Origin: Candidatus Methylomirabilota bacterium
GTDB lineage: Bacteria; Methylomirabilota; Methylomirabilia; Rokubacteriales; CSP1-6
Assembly (NCBI GenBank): GCA_036556545.1
Contig: DATBJF010000019.1
Span: 28,007-92,006 of the forward strand
Length of the DNA stretch: 64,000 nucleotides
Direction: 5' to 3'
Under the pieces are notes generated by a model. That model made no database searches. It saw only the letters and a program-made list of their open reading frames with translations, and was not told the DNA's origin. Both the position numbers and the translations under genes were made by a program. The number at the start of each line of letters is the position of its first letter. Positions within the stretch are counted from its first letter, which is position 1. Positions 54,616 through 64,000 of this stretch are shown here, piece after piece.

Positions 54616-56501
54616 CAGACGACCTCCGTGGCGCCGGCCGTCCGGGCCGCACGCTGCGAGAGCAGGACGATGACCAGGCATGAGAGGCCGGCGAAGTCGG
54701 TCCAGAAGCCCGGGAAGATCAACAGCAGCGAACCGGCCAGCAGCAGGACGCGCTCGACCGGCCGTGTCGGCCGCTGGAAGTACCCGATGAGCCCCGCGCC
54801 GAGCATCAGGATGCCCACTCCGGCCATGAGCGCTCGGAGGGCGATGTGGGCCACCGACGAGCTCATGAGCAGCAGCGCCGGATCGTACGCGAAGCTGAAC
54901 GGGATGATGAAGCCGGACAGCGACAGCATCATCCCCAGCCACTGCGTGCGCCACACGTCGGCGCCGGCAATGGACGACGTCGCGTAGGTCGAGATCGCGG
55001 TCGGCGGCGTCAGGTCGGCCAGGATGCCGAAGTAGAAGACGAACATGTGAGCCACCAGCTTCGGCACGCCGAGCTGCTCCAGGGCTGGCGCGGCCATGAT
55101 CGACGTGATGATGTAGGTGGCAGACGTCGGCAGGCCGGTCCCGAGCACGAGCGCGGCCACCATCGTGAGGATCAGCGTCAGCAGCAGGCTGCCGCCGGCG
55201 AGGCCGACGATGCCGGTCGCCAGCTTCAAGCCGAGTCCGGTGATGGAAACGACGCCGACGACGATCCCGACCGTGGCGCACGCGAGCGCCACCGGCATCG
55301 CTGCGTGTGCGCTGTCGGCGAGGATGGTCAGGATCTTGCCGCCGCCGATACGCGTGTCGCGCCGCACCCACGACAGTACGAACGCGGCCACGAGCGCCCA
55401 GAAGCCGGCGAACATGGGCGAGCGCCCCTCCACGAGGAACCACACCAGCACGGCCGGACCGCCGAGGAGGTGCAAGTCCCGGCGCAGGACGGTGCCGAAC
55501 CGCGGTAGCTGGTGCCGAGGCAGCACGGGGATTCCCTGCCGGGCCGCCTCGAAGTGGACCATCATGCCGACCGCGACGAAGTAAAGAACGCCGGGGATGG
55601 CGGCGGCGATGGCCACGCTGGTGTATGGCATCTGGAGCGTCTCGGCCATGATGAACGCGGCCGCCCCCATCACCGGCGGAATGAGCTGACCGCCCATCGA
55701 CGCGGTCGCCTCGACGCCGGCGGCGAACTCGCGCCGGTAGCCGGCGCGGATCATCAACGGGATCGTGAAGGCGCCCGTGGTGACGGCGTTCGCCATGGCG
55801 CTGCCGTTCACGGTGCCGAACAGTCCGCTCGAGATCACCGCCACCTTGCCGGCGCCGCCCTTCGTGTTGCCGGCCACGGCCAGCGCCCCGTCGGTGAAGA
55901 AACGCAGCAGCCCACCGTGCGACATGACGCTCCCGAAGACCACGAACAGGAAGATGAACGTCGCGGACACGAGCGTGGGGATACCGAAGACGCCCTGCGT
56001 CGTCAGCATCTGCTGATCGATCAGGATCATGGCGGACTCCCCGCCGTGCGACAGGAAGCCGGGCAGCCGGGGGCCCACGAACACGTAGGCGATGAAGGCA
56101 ACCGCCATGATCACCAGCGCGGGTCCGATGTGTCGCCAGGCGGCGGCGAGCAGGAGCGCCACGAAGACCAAGCTCACCGCGACGTCGACCGGCAGCGGAT
56201 CGTCGACCATCGCCATTCGGCTCGCCAGCCTCGGGTTGTGCCAGACGTAGTGAGCCGCGCAGAGCAGCGACAGGCCGGCGAGGCCGATGTCGAGCCAGCG
56301 CCGCGACCGCCGGCGCGCGAGGCGGGCGGCCGCCTCGGGCGAGTCGGGCGTCGCCGGCGTGAGAAACCCGAGCGCGACGGCGAAGGCGACGTGGACGGGG
56401 AGCTGGACGAGGAGGTCGTACATCCCCGCGTACGCCGTGTAGAGCTGGAAGACCGACCAGGCCATGCCGAGCCAGACGCGCGGTGAGCGAAGGTCAGGCA
56501 C
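54615..56501 (-). CDS. TAXI-TRAP fused 4TM/12TM permease
   Basis: GGAGKVAV, GGQLIPPVMGAAAF, GLPT, LTPP. Confidence 0.9.
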   Translation of the reverse strand: MPDLRSPRVWLGMAWSVFQLYTAYAGMYDLLVQLPVHVAFAVALGFLTPATPDSPEAAARLARRRSRRWLDIGLAGLSLLCAAHYVWHNPRLASRMAMVDDPLPVDVAVSLVFVALLLAAAWRHIGPALVIMAVAFIAYVFVGPRLPGFLSHGGESAMILIDQQMLTTQGVFGIPTLVSATFIFLFVVFGSVMSHGGLLRFFTDGALAVAGNTKGGAGKVAVISSGLFGTVNGSAMANAVTTGAFTIPLMIRAGYRREFAAGVEATASMGGQLIPPVMGAAAFIMAETLQMPYTSVAIAAAIPGVLYFVAVGMMVHFEAARQGIPVLPRHQLPRFGTVLRRDLHLLGGPAVLVWFLVEGRSPMFAGFWALVAAFVLSWVRRDTRIGGGKILTILADSAHAAMPVALACATVGIVVGVVSITGLGLKLATGIVGLAGGSLLLTLILTMVAALVLGTGLPTSATYIITSIMAAPALEQLGVPKLVAHMFVFYFGILADLTPPTAISTYATSSIAGADVWRTQWLGMMLSLSGFIIPFSFAYDPALLLMSSSVAHIALRALMAGVGILMLGAGLIGYFQRPTRPVERVLLLAGSLLLIFPGFWTDFAGLSCLVIVLLSQRAARTAGATEVV

Positions 56502-58164
56502 GGTGCACGATCTCGCCGGCGACCATCGTGAGGCGCGCGGTCTGGCCGGCCAGGACCTCGGCCGGCGCCGACAGCGGGTCGGTCTCCAGCACGGCGAGGT
56601 CGGCGACGTAGCCGGGCACGAGCCGCCCGCGATCGCGCTCGGCGAACGTCACGTGGGCGCCGCCGACGGTGAGCGCGGCCAGCGCCTGGCCGCGCGTCAG
56701 CCGCTCGCGCGCCCCGAGCAGCGCGCCCGAGGCCATGTCGCGCCGCTCCACGATGGCGTTGAAGACGAGCCACGGATCCGGAGGCTTGTTGTCGGTCGCC
56801 ACGCCGAACGGGATGCGCAGCCGCGCGAGGCTCCGGTGCGGCAGCAGCGTGTCGGCCGCGCCGCCGACGCGCGCCGCCTCCGCCGCGCCCGAGCGCCACA
56901 GGTAGCTGATCGGATTGGTCGTGGCCACCACGCCGAGCCGGCGGATGCGCGCGAGCTGATCGGGCGTGGCGGCCGCGAGATGCACCAGCACCCACCGCAG
57001 CGGCGCCATCGGCGTGACGGCGGCGATCTTCTCCCAGACCTCCAGGACTTCCGGGAGGCATCGCGTCACCAGCGTATTGACGCGGAGGCCGAGGCGGGCC
57101 GCCAGAGCCGCCTGCCGCGCGTACTCTTCGCGCGAGTTGGCGCTCTCCACGAAGCCGGCCCAGCCGGTGTACGGCTGGCTCGCATGCAGGATGCGAGCGA
57201 CCTCCGGGTCGCCGCCGTAGTGCAGGCAGATGCCCTGCAGGCGCAGGCGATCGTCGCCGAGGCCGCGGCCTCCGGCCCAGGCCGCCAGGTCCGGCAGCGC
57301 ACGCTCCGCCTCGCTGGCGCCCGCCCACGTCGGACTGACGGCCAGCGTCGCGCGGAGCTTGAGCGTCCCGGCTTCGTGCGCGGCTCGATAGATCGCGATC
57401 ACCTCGGGAGCGACGCCATGCCCCTCGTAGACCGCGGTGACGCCCCGGGCGGCATACGCGCGCTGCGATTCGGCCAGCGCCGCCAGCCGCTGCGCGGGCG
57501 TGAAGCGTGGGGCCGCGCGCATGAGCGTGAACTCCAGCACCTGGATGAGGTTGTGCTCGACGAAGACGCCGGTCGGCTCGCCGGTGGCGTCGCGCCCGAT
57601 CTCGACCCCGCTCGGCGCCACGGTGTCGCGGGTCACGCCGGCCGCGCGCAAGGCGCACGAGCTGGCCACGGAGTACACCGGCGGCTTGTTCCAGTAGCCC
57701 CAGATGCCGCGGATGTAAACGGGATGGTCGGGCGCCGCCGCGTCGAGGTCGGCACGCGTCGGCCATCGGCCCTCGGCCAGCGTGGCGGGCGGGTCCTGGT
57801 AAAAGGGCGGCGCGCCGAGCGGCATGGTGACGATCCACTGCCCCTTCGGCGTGCGGGCGGCGAGCCGCCGCACGACCGCCTGCACGTCGGCGATCGAGCG
57901 GCACCGCGCCAGGGACGGACAGACTCCCTTCAGGCCTTCGCGATCGAGATGCGCGTGCGCGTCGACGAGACCGGGGACGACGGTGGCGCCGAGCAGATCC
58001 ACCACCCGCGTGCGGCGGTCGCGCCACGGCCTCACGTCGGCGCGCGTGCCCGCCGCCACCACGCGTCTGCCCTCCACCGCGAGCGCGCGGACCTCCGGGC
58101 GACGCGGGTCGAGCGTCAGGACACGGCCGTTGTCGAAGATCCAGTCGGCGGCTATTTCATCCAC
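56494..58164 (-). CDS. YtcJ-like amidohydrolase
   Basis: DLLGATVVPGLVDAHAH, GEPTG, GRLVPGYVADL; start inferred (GTG). Confidence 0.8.
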   Translation of the reverse strand: MDEIAADWIFDNGRVLTLDPRRPEVRALAVEGRRVVAAGTRADVRPWRDRRTRVVDLLGATVVPGLVDAHAHLDREGLKGVCPSLARCRSIADVQAVVRRLAARTPKGQWIVTMPLGAPPFYQDPPATLAEGRWPTRADLDAAAPDHPVYIRGIWGYWNKPPVYSVASSCALRAAGVTRDTVAPSGVEIGRDATGEPTGVFVEHNLIQVLEFTLMRAAPRFTPAQRLAALAESQRAYAARGVTAVYEGHGVAPEVIAIYRAAHEAGTLKLRATLAVSPTWAGASEAERALPDLAAWAGGRGLGDDRLRLQGICLHYGGDPEVARILHASQPYTGWAGFVESANSREEYARQAALAARLGLRVNTLVTRCLPEVLEVWEKIAAVTPMAPLRWVLVHLAAATPDQLARIRRLGVVATTNPISYLWRSGAAEAARVGGAADTLLPHRSLARLRIPFGVATDNKPPDPWLVFNAIVERRDMASGALLGARERLTRGQALAALTVGGAHVTFAERDRGRLVPGYVADLAVLETDPLSAPAEVLAGQTARLTMVAGEIVHRA

Positions 58165-59132
58165 CCTTTCTCGCGGTACGCCTTCTCGGCGCCCGGATGG
58201 AGCGGAATGCCGACCTTCTCCGGCTGCCACGCCGTCTTCGGATCGAACGCCGCGAGCCCGCCATGACCGCGGACGAGCGCGTCCTTGTTCTCCAGCACGG
58301 TCTTCGTCACCGTGTAGGCGACGTCCTCGGGGAGCTCCTTGTTGGTGATGAGCACGGTGGGGAAGCCGACCGTCGTCACCGGCTCGGACTGGCCCTTGAA
58401 CGTGTTCGCGGGCATGGTGGCCGCCACGTAGCCCAGCGGCAGCAGCGCCTTGGTCGTCTCCGCGTCGAGACCGAGGAACTTCACGTTGCCGTCGTTGGCG
58501 ATCTCGCTCACGGACGGGTGCTTGGGCGTCACCACCGCGAACAGCACGTCGGCGCGGCCGTCCTTGAAGGCGTCGACGATGACGTTGTAGCCGACGTGGG
58601 TGGTGGTGCCGCCGAGCGCTTTGATCTCCGTGTAGCCGGTGCCGATGGCGCGCAGCAGCTGCCGGCCGGCGAACTCGCCGAGGGCGCCGATGGGCTGCGT
58701 GTAGATCTTCACCGGCAGCTTCTTCTCCTTGATCTCGCGCACGGAGTTGATGCCGAGCTTGTTGCTGGCCACCGCCACCAGGTAGTACGTGTCGAGCCCG
58801 CCCACGAGGCCGCGGATGTTCTCGAGCTTGTCCGTATAGGCTTCCTTGCCCTCCAGCGCCCAGCGGTTGGTGACGGTGAAGGCCAGGCCGAGCGGCGTCT
58901 CGTTCTTGGCCACCAGGCGCGGATTGCCGACGCCGCCCGAGCGCGGCTTGACGTCGATGTTCGAGCCGGGTGGCAGTGTCTTTCTCAGCAGCTCGGCCAT
59001 GGTGGCGCCGTACACGTACCAGGCGCTGCCCGTATCGAGCGTGGCGAACGCGAGATTCACCGGCTGCGTCTGCGCCGTCACGCCGCTGACGGAGACCGCC
59101 AGCGCCAGCAAGACTGCGAGTGCGATCCTCAT
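58152..59132 (-). CDS. TAXI-TRAP solute-binding protein
   Basis: Signal peptide; GGVGN, IPLHPGAEKAY. Confidence 0.88.
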   Translation of the reverse strand: MRIALAVLLALAVSVSGVTAQTQPVNLAFATLDTGSAWYVYGATMAELLRKTLPPGSNIDVKPRSGGVGNPRLVAKNETPLGLAFTVTNRWALEGKEAYTDKLENIRGLVGGLDTYYLVAVASNKLGINSVREIKEKKLPVKIYTQPIGALGEFAGRQLLRAIGTGYTEIKALGGTTTHVGYNVIVDAFKDGRADVLFAVVTPKHPSVSEIANDGNVKFLGLDAETTKALLPLGYVAATMPANTFKGQSEPVTTVGFPTVLITNKELPEDVAYTVTKTVLENKDALVRGHGGLAAFDPKTAWQPEKVGIPLHPGAEKAYREKGWMK

Positions 59133-59148
59133 CGTGCCCCTCCGATGT

Positions 59149-59922
59149 TCAGGCGAGCGCCAGGCGCGCGCCGTGCGTTTTTCCGGGATCGAGGGCGCCG
59201 GTCCGGCCGGCGCCGCCCTTGAACGTGGCCGCGTACGGCGACGGTCCGCGCGCCGCCAGCCAGGCGGTCAGCGGGCTCGAGGCCGTCGACGGCGCCACGA
59301 AATCGAACGTGTGTGGTCCGATCGCGAACCTCACCCCGGCGGCACCGAGGTCGTCGCGCTTGACGTCGGCGCCGGGGCGCCGCAGCATCTGCGCGTACCA
59401 GCCGCGCACCCGCGCCACGTCATCGACGGCGACGGTGACGGTGTCGATGCCGGTCACGCCGTTGGCGTGGCGGCGCTCGCGTGGGATGCGCTGGTCGCGG
59501 CCCGTCTCGTCGGTGATGATGAACGGCGCCACCCCGCGGTGGGCGCCGCGCGCGAGCGAGAATACCCAGCGGATCTCCTTGCCGTCGGGGCGCTTGCGAT
59601 CGCGCTTCTCCGGCTCGCCGACGTCGATGCCGGCGCGACGGAGCGCGGCGGTGTCACCAGGCAGGTCGTCCGTCTGCAGGCAGAAGTCGACGAGGCCGCC
59701 GCCCTTCTGGAGCGGCGCGAACCACCGGTGATCGTCGCGCGGCTCGTAGAAGCCGATGAGCTCCAGGTACGAGCCGTCCTCGAAGGCGATGAGGCTGTTG
59801 TAGGTGCCGATGCCGGTGTGCCGGCCGCCGGGCACCACCGTGAAGCCGAGGTCCGTGTAGTCCTTGCCGGCGGTCTCCAGGCTCTTGACGGCGATGACGA
59901 GATGGTCGATCCCGAGCAGCAT
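59149..59922 (-). CDS. VOC/glyoxalase-like protein
   Basis: IDHLVIAV, GGRH..GTYN, YLEL, HANG. Confidence 0.85.
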   Translation of the reverse strand: MLLGIDHLVIAVKSLETAGKDYTDLGFTVVPGGRHTGIGTYNSLIAFEDGSYLELIGFYEPRDDHRWFAPLQKGGGLVDFCLQTDDLPGDTAALRRAGIDVGEPEKRDRKRPDGKEIRWVFSLARGAHRGVAPFIITDETGRDQRIPRERRHANGVTGIDTVTVAVDDVARVRGWYAQMLRRPGADVKRDDLGAAGVRFAIGPHTFDFVAPSTASSPLTAWLAARGPSPYAATFKGGAGRTGALDPGKTHGARLALA

Positions 59923-60935
59923 CAGCGGCCTCCGAATGCGGGCGCGATTTCTTGGATGAACCGCGTGAACTGCGCCTGCTGGTTCCAGGACGTCAGCCGC
60001 AGCGCCATGTGGCCGAGCCCGGCCGCGAAGTACTCGCGCAGCTGCGCGATGCACTCTCTCGGCCCGCCGGCCACCGTCCACTGCTCGACGAACTTCGCGC
60101 TGAAGTTCGCGGTGTAGTAGGCGTCGAGGAACTTCTTGCTCTCCTCCAGCGCCGCCTGGCGGTCCTCGTTGACGTTGATGTTGTGGTAGAGCGCGCTTCC
60201 GAGCGACGCGGGATCGCGGCCCTCCTCCTTGGCCATGGCCCGTACGCGCCCGAACTGCTCGGCGAATTCGCTCGGGCTCAGCTTGTTGGTCATCCAGCCG
60301 TCGGCCAGCCGCGCCACTCGCCGGAACGACCGCTCCACCACCGCCGCCGAGGCGCTGGCGCCGCCCTTCCAGGTGAGCCCGGTCGGATTCGACGCGATCC
60401 AGATCGGCAGCGGCTGCTGCACTGGCCGCGGCTGCAGCGCGACATCGGCGAATCGGTAGAAGCGTCCAGTGTGCGACGCTTTGGGCGCGGCGAAGAGAGC
60501 GCGGAGGATCGCGATCCCCTCTTCCAGACGCTCGACGCGCTCGCTCGCCTGCACGCCCATCACGGTGTGCTCGAGGGCCTGGGCGGCGCTCTGCTCGTTC
60601 GGTCCGCCGAGGCAGACGGCCAGCCAGGCGCGGCCCTCCGAGAGGACGTCGAGGCTCGCCCACTGCTGGGCGAAGAGCACGGGGTGGCGATGGACGAAGG
60701 TGGCCATGCAGCCGACGCCGAGGCGCGCACGCCGCGTGACGCCGGCGAGGGCGGACAGCAGGGCGACCGATTCGAGGCGGGGCTTGGCGAGCAGGCTGTC
60801 GCCGACCCAGATCGTGTCGAAGGCGCCGGCGGTCTCGGCGGCGGTGGCCAGCTCCAGCAGGTCGCGCGCCTTGAGCGCACCGAGAACGACCGCGCGGTTC
60901 GCGAGAATGAGGCCGAAGGAATCGGTCACGGTCAT
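59922..60935 (-). CDS. Luciferase-like (LLM) flavin-dependent oxidoreductase
   Basis: FDTIWVGDS, SLDVLSEGR, PRPVQ, ADGW. Confidence 0.85.
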   Translation of the reverse strand: MTVTDSFGLILANRAVVLGALKARDLLELATAAETAGAFDTIWVGDSLLAKPRLESVALLSALAGVTRRARLGVGCMATFVHRHPVLFAQQWASLDVLSEGRAWLAVCLGGPNEQSAAQALEHTVMGVQASERVERLEEGIAILRALFAAPKASHTGRFYRFADVALQPRPVQQPLPIWIASNPTGLTWKGGASASAAVVERSFRRVARLADGWMTNKLSPSEFAEQFGRVRAMAKEEGRDPASLGSALYHNINVNEDRQAALEESKKFLDAYYTANFSAKFVEQWTVAGGPRECIAQLREYFAAGLGHMALRLTSWNQQAQFTRFIQEIAPAFGGR

Positions 60936-61699
60936 CTCCCCCGGTACGATGGTGGGCGCTTGTCGAGGAACGACCGCACGCCCTCTTCATAATCGTGCGT
61001 CGAGCGCAGCCAGGCGTAGGCCTTTCGCTCCAGCTCGAGCGCCGTGTCGAGCGGCGCGTCGGCGCCGCGGTTGAGCACCATCTTCAACGTCCGCAGCGCC
61101 AGCGGCGCCCGTTCCGCCAGCTCCCCGGCGAGGGCGCCGACCGCCTCGTCGAGCTTGTCGTTGGCCACCGCTTGCGTGATGAGCCCCCAGGCCTCCGCAC
61201 GCTCGGCCGAGATGCGCTGGCCCGTCATCATGAACAGCTTGGCGCGCGTCATGCCCATCAGCCGCATCGCGCGCTGCGTGCCGCCCGAGCCGGGAATCAT
61301 GCCGAGCCGGACCTCCGGGAAGGCGAACTCCGAACGGAGCGTGGCCACGCGGAAATCGCAGGCAACGGCCAGCTCCAGGCCGGCGCCCATCGTATACCCG
61401 TCGATGGCGGCGATGACGGGCTTGCGACACCGCTCGGCGGCCGTCAGCGTGTCGCCCCAGAGCTCGAGGTCGGCCGGCGCCAGCGTGAGGAACTCCGCCA
61501 CGTCGCCGCCCGCGCTGAAGGCCTTGCCGCCGGCGCCGCGGACGACGATCACGCGCACGCTCTCGTCGCCCTCGAGGACCTGGAAGATGCCGGGCAGCTC
61601 GTTGCGCATGGCCACGGTCATGGTGTTCATCTTCGGCTGGCGATCGATCCAGATCGTCGCCGCCGGGCCCTTCCGTTCCACTCGCAGGAATTCAGTCAT
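60932..61699 (-). CDS. Enoyl-CoA hydratase/isomerase family
   Basis: FSAGGD, GAGLE, PEVRLGMIPGSGG. Confidence 0.88.
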   Translation of the reverse strand: MTEFLRVERKGPAATIWIDRQPKMNTMTVAMRNELPGIFQVLEGDESVRVIVVRGAGGKAFSAGGDVAEFLTLAPADLELWGDTLTAAERCRKPVIAAIDGYTMGAGLELAVACDFRVATLRSEFAFPEVRLGMIPGSGGTQRAMRLMGMTRAKLFMMTGQRISAERAEAWGLITQAVANDKLDEAVGALAGELAERAPLALRTLKMVLNRGADAPLDTALELERKAYAWLRSTHDYEEGVRSFLDKRPPSYRGR

Positions 61700-63272
61700 T
61701 GCTCCTCCTGGGCGCCCCGACATGGCCCCCAGAGCCCCTATGCTCCTCGTACTGGCCGTCGCGCAACAGGCGGCGCAGAATCTTACCCGAGGCCGTCTTC
61801 GGAATCTCCTGCACGAAGACGATGCGGCGGGGGCGCTTGAACGACGCCAGGTCCGCCGCATCCCGGCAGTACCGATCGAGCGCGTCCGCGGTGAGCGCGG
61901 CTCGCCGGGGCACGACGAAGGCCACCACGCGCTCGCCCCAGCGCGCGTCCGGCTCGCCGACCACGGCGACGTCGGCCACGTCCGGATGCCGCGCGACCAC
62001 GTCCTCCACCTCGACGGGATGGATGTTCTCTCCGCCGCTGATGATCATGTCGTCGACGCGGCCCGCCACGTGGAGCTCCCCGTCGGCGTCGAGCCAGCCC
62101 ATGTCGCCGGTGAAGTACCAGCCGTCGCGCAGCGCCCGCGCATCGGCATCCGGCCGCCGCCAGTAGCCGGCGAACGCCTCGTCGGAAGCGAGGCTCGCGA
62201 TGATCTCGCCCTTCTCGCCGGTCTTGACGACCTCGTCGGGCGCGACGCGCCGGTCGGTCGAGGCGGCCACCACCCGGATGGCGGAGTGCAGACCGGGCCG
62301 CCCTGCGCAGCCGGGCTTGGCGCCGACGTCGGGCCGCACGGTGAACGTGTAGATCTCCGTCGAGCCGTAGTGATTGACGAACACCTCCGGCCGGAACGCG
62401 CGCACGCAGCGCTCCGTCAGCGGAGCCAGCATCGGCGCGCCGGCGTAGGCGAGCTTGCGGACCGAGCGCACCCGCTCGGAGTCGAAGCCCGGCGCATGCA
62501 CGAGGTCCCAGTAGAGGGTCGGGATCAGGTAGAGCGCCGTCACGCCCTCGGTGGCGATGAGACGAACCGCGGCCTCCGCGCTCCAGTCCGGCTGGCAGAC
62601 GAAGCAGCCGTTGACGGCCGCCATGCTGGTGAGCGCGTGGATCCCCATCGTGTGATAGAGGGGCATCACCCCGAGCGTCCGCTCGCCCCACGTGTAGCCG
62701 CACTGTACGACCTGGGCGACCGCGCCGGCGTAGTGATTCCGGTGCGTGCGCGGAACGCCCTTGGGCCGGCCGGTCGTGCCCGACGTGTACAGCAGCAGCG
62801 AGAGGTCGCGCTCCTCGACGGTCGTCCCCGACGGCCGGGCGTCGCCGGTCGCCACCTCGTCGAATGGGAGCGCGCCGGCCGGGGCGCCGTCGCCGACGGC
62901 GACGATCGACACCGCCGATCCGGCCGCCGCCTCCGCGAGCGCGGCGGCCGTCGCAGTCTCGCAGAGAGCAACCCGCGCGCCGCTGTCGCCGAGCAGGTAG
63001 CGCACCTCGCCGGCGGCGAGCCGGAAGTTCACGGGCGTGGGCACACCGCCGATCCCCTGCAGCGCCCAGTAGGCCAGCACGTGCTCGAGCCGGTTCCGCA
63101 GCACGATGAGCACGCGGTCGCCGTGGCGGACACCGAGCGCGTGAAAGCCCGCGCCGAGCGCCTCGGCGCGAGCCGCCAGCTCGCCGTACGTCAGCCGGCG
63201 GTGACCATCGACGACGGCGTCGGCGTCGGGCCGCCGGAGGGCGGCACGCTCCAGGAGCTCCCCGAGGGTCAA
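61692..63272 (-). CDS. Acyl/aryl-CoA ligase (AMP-binding)
   Basis: YTSGTTGRPKG, HYGSTE, WYFTGD, IPKTASGKILR; TTG start overlapping upstream stop. Confidence 0.88.
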   Translation of the reverse strand: MTLGELLERAALRRPDADAVVDGHRRLTYGELAARAEALGAGFHALGVRHGDRVLIVLRNRLEHVLAYWALQGIGGVPTPVNFRLAAGEVRYLLGDSGARVALCETATAAALAEAAAGSAVSIVAVGDGAPAGALPFDEVATGDARPSGTTVEERDLSLLLYTSGTTGRPKGVPRTHRNHYAGAVAQVVQCGYTWGERTLGVMPLYHTMGIHALTSMAAVNGCFVCQPDWSAEAAVRLIATEGVTALYLIPTLYWDLVHAPGFDSERVRSVRKLAYAGAPMLAPLTERCVRAFRPEVFVNHYGSTEIYTFTVRPDVGAKPGCAGRPGLHSAIRVVAASTDRRVAPDEVVKTGEKGEIIASLASDEAFAGYWRRPDADARALRDGWYFTGDMGWLDADGELHVAGRVDDMIISGGENIHPVEVEDVVARHPDVADVAVVGEPDARWGERVVAFVVPRRAALTADALDRYCRDAADLASFKRPRRIVFVQEIPKTASGKILRRLLRDGQYEEHRGSGGHVGAPRRSND

Positions 63273-64000
63273 GGGACGAGCAGGACCTTTCCCCTGTTCT
63301 TCCGGTCGAGGACGTGCTGGACGGCCGCGCGCGCGTCCTTCAGCGCGAAGGTGCGGTCGATCACCGGGCGCAGCCGGCCCGCCACCATGTAGTCGAGGAT
63401 GGTGCGGAGCTCGAGGATCGAGCCCAGGTTGGTGCCGATGATTCTCAGATTCTTCGAGTACACGTGCCGGAGGTCGAGCCGCCCCCAGTGCGTGTCGTGG
63501 GAGCCGATCGACACCAGCGTGCCGAGGCGGGTCAGCGCGTAGGTCGAGCGCTCGAACGTCTCGCCGCCGATGTGCTCGACCACGACGTCGACGCCGCGCT
63601 TGCCGGTCCAGCGCTTGGCCTCCTCGACGAAATCCTGCGTGCGGTAGTTGACCACGTGCTCGGCGCCGAGCGCGCGCGCGAACTCGATCTTGTCGTCGCT
63701 GCCGACGGTGGTCATGACCCGCGCGCCGACGAGGCGGGCGATCTGGATGGCGGCGCTGCCGACGCCGCTGCCGGCGGCCTGCACGAGCACCGTCTGGCCG
63801 GGCCGCAGCTGCGCCTGCGCGATGAGCGCGTGCCACGACGTCAGCATGGCCAGTGGCACGGCCGCGCCCGCCTCGAAGGAGATCGAGTCGGGCAGCGGCA
63901 CGATGTTCGCGGCGGGCGCCTTCACCAGCTCGGCATAGCCGCCGTCCCGGGCGGCGCCGAGATAGCCGTAGCGCAGGCACACCGTGCGCTCGCCGCGCAG
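63269..64000 (-). CDS. Zn-binding alcohol dehydrogenase/MDR protein (5' end outside window)
   Basis: DGGYAE, AAGSGVGSAA, GVDVVVEHIG, GKVLL. Confidence 0.85.
   Translation of the reverse strand: MRGERTVCLRYGYLGAARDGGYAELVKAPAANIVPLPDSISFEAGAAVPLAMLTSWHALIAQAQLRPGQTVLVQAAGSGVGSAAIQIARLVGARVMTTVGSDDKIEFARALGAEHVVNYRTQDFVEEAKRWTGKRGVDVVVEHIGGETFERSTYALTRLGTLVSIGSHDTHWGRLDLRHVYSKNLRIIGTNLGSILELRTILDYMVAGRLRPVIDRTFALKDARAAVQHVLDRKNRGKVLLVP

Noticed and set aside
170-63938. Many long overlapping ORFs in the track (e.g. 170-1255, 7736-9343, 11949-13709, 21950-23986, 36642-39017, 61044-63392)
   Set aside because: Antisense or alternate-frame shadows of motif-supported genes, expected at this GC; no recognisable domains.
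1-64000. CRISPR array, tRNA/rRNA, IS or prophage
   Set aside because: No regularly spaced repeats, RNA-gene signatures or mobility genes were seen by eye. The Cas4-like Cys pattern at about 12.1-12.8 kb belongs to the UvrD fusion.

Overview
This is a gene-dense, very GC-rich bacterial chromosome segment. Its gene content resembles Candidatus Rokubacteria/Methylomirabilota soil genomes (inference only). About 60 CDS were called; no rRNA, tRNA, CRISPR array, integrase or transposase was recognised. Main blocks: (i) 1-15 kb holds mixed metabolic and DNA-repair genes (heme-motif HAMP sensor, acyl-CoA ligase, CsbD, lytic transglycosylase, ECF sigma with Ogt-Ada fusion, DinG, TcuA-like, UvrD-nuclease fusion). 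(ii) About 15.0-21.66 kb is a lower-GC cassette encoding an orphan, active-site-remodelled ketosynthase translationally coupled to a 7TM-GAF histidine kinase. The cassette ends abruptly inside a second, paralogous 7TM kinase that heads an operon with a pseudo-kinase and a hybrid kinase. This is the best candidate for an undescribed signal-synthase/receptor (quorum-sensing or pherotype-like) system. (iii) ttuBA, an ECF/RskA pair and a cupin follow. (iv) An operon joins hcrCAB-like Mo-enzyme genes to boxC-boxB-benzoate-CoA ligase with no boxA. (v) A liv-type ABC transporter, PduO and an MFS transporter. (vi) A 12-kb catabolic operon (ADH, CoA ligase, crotonase, LLM, VOC, TAXI-TRAP, amidohydrolase, UbiD, enolase-family enzyme). 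Also seen: five sigma-54-type promoters in front of small stress or envelope genes (one a 25-aa peptide absent from the ORF track), many apparently leaderless genes, and a structured leader before the transglycosylase.
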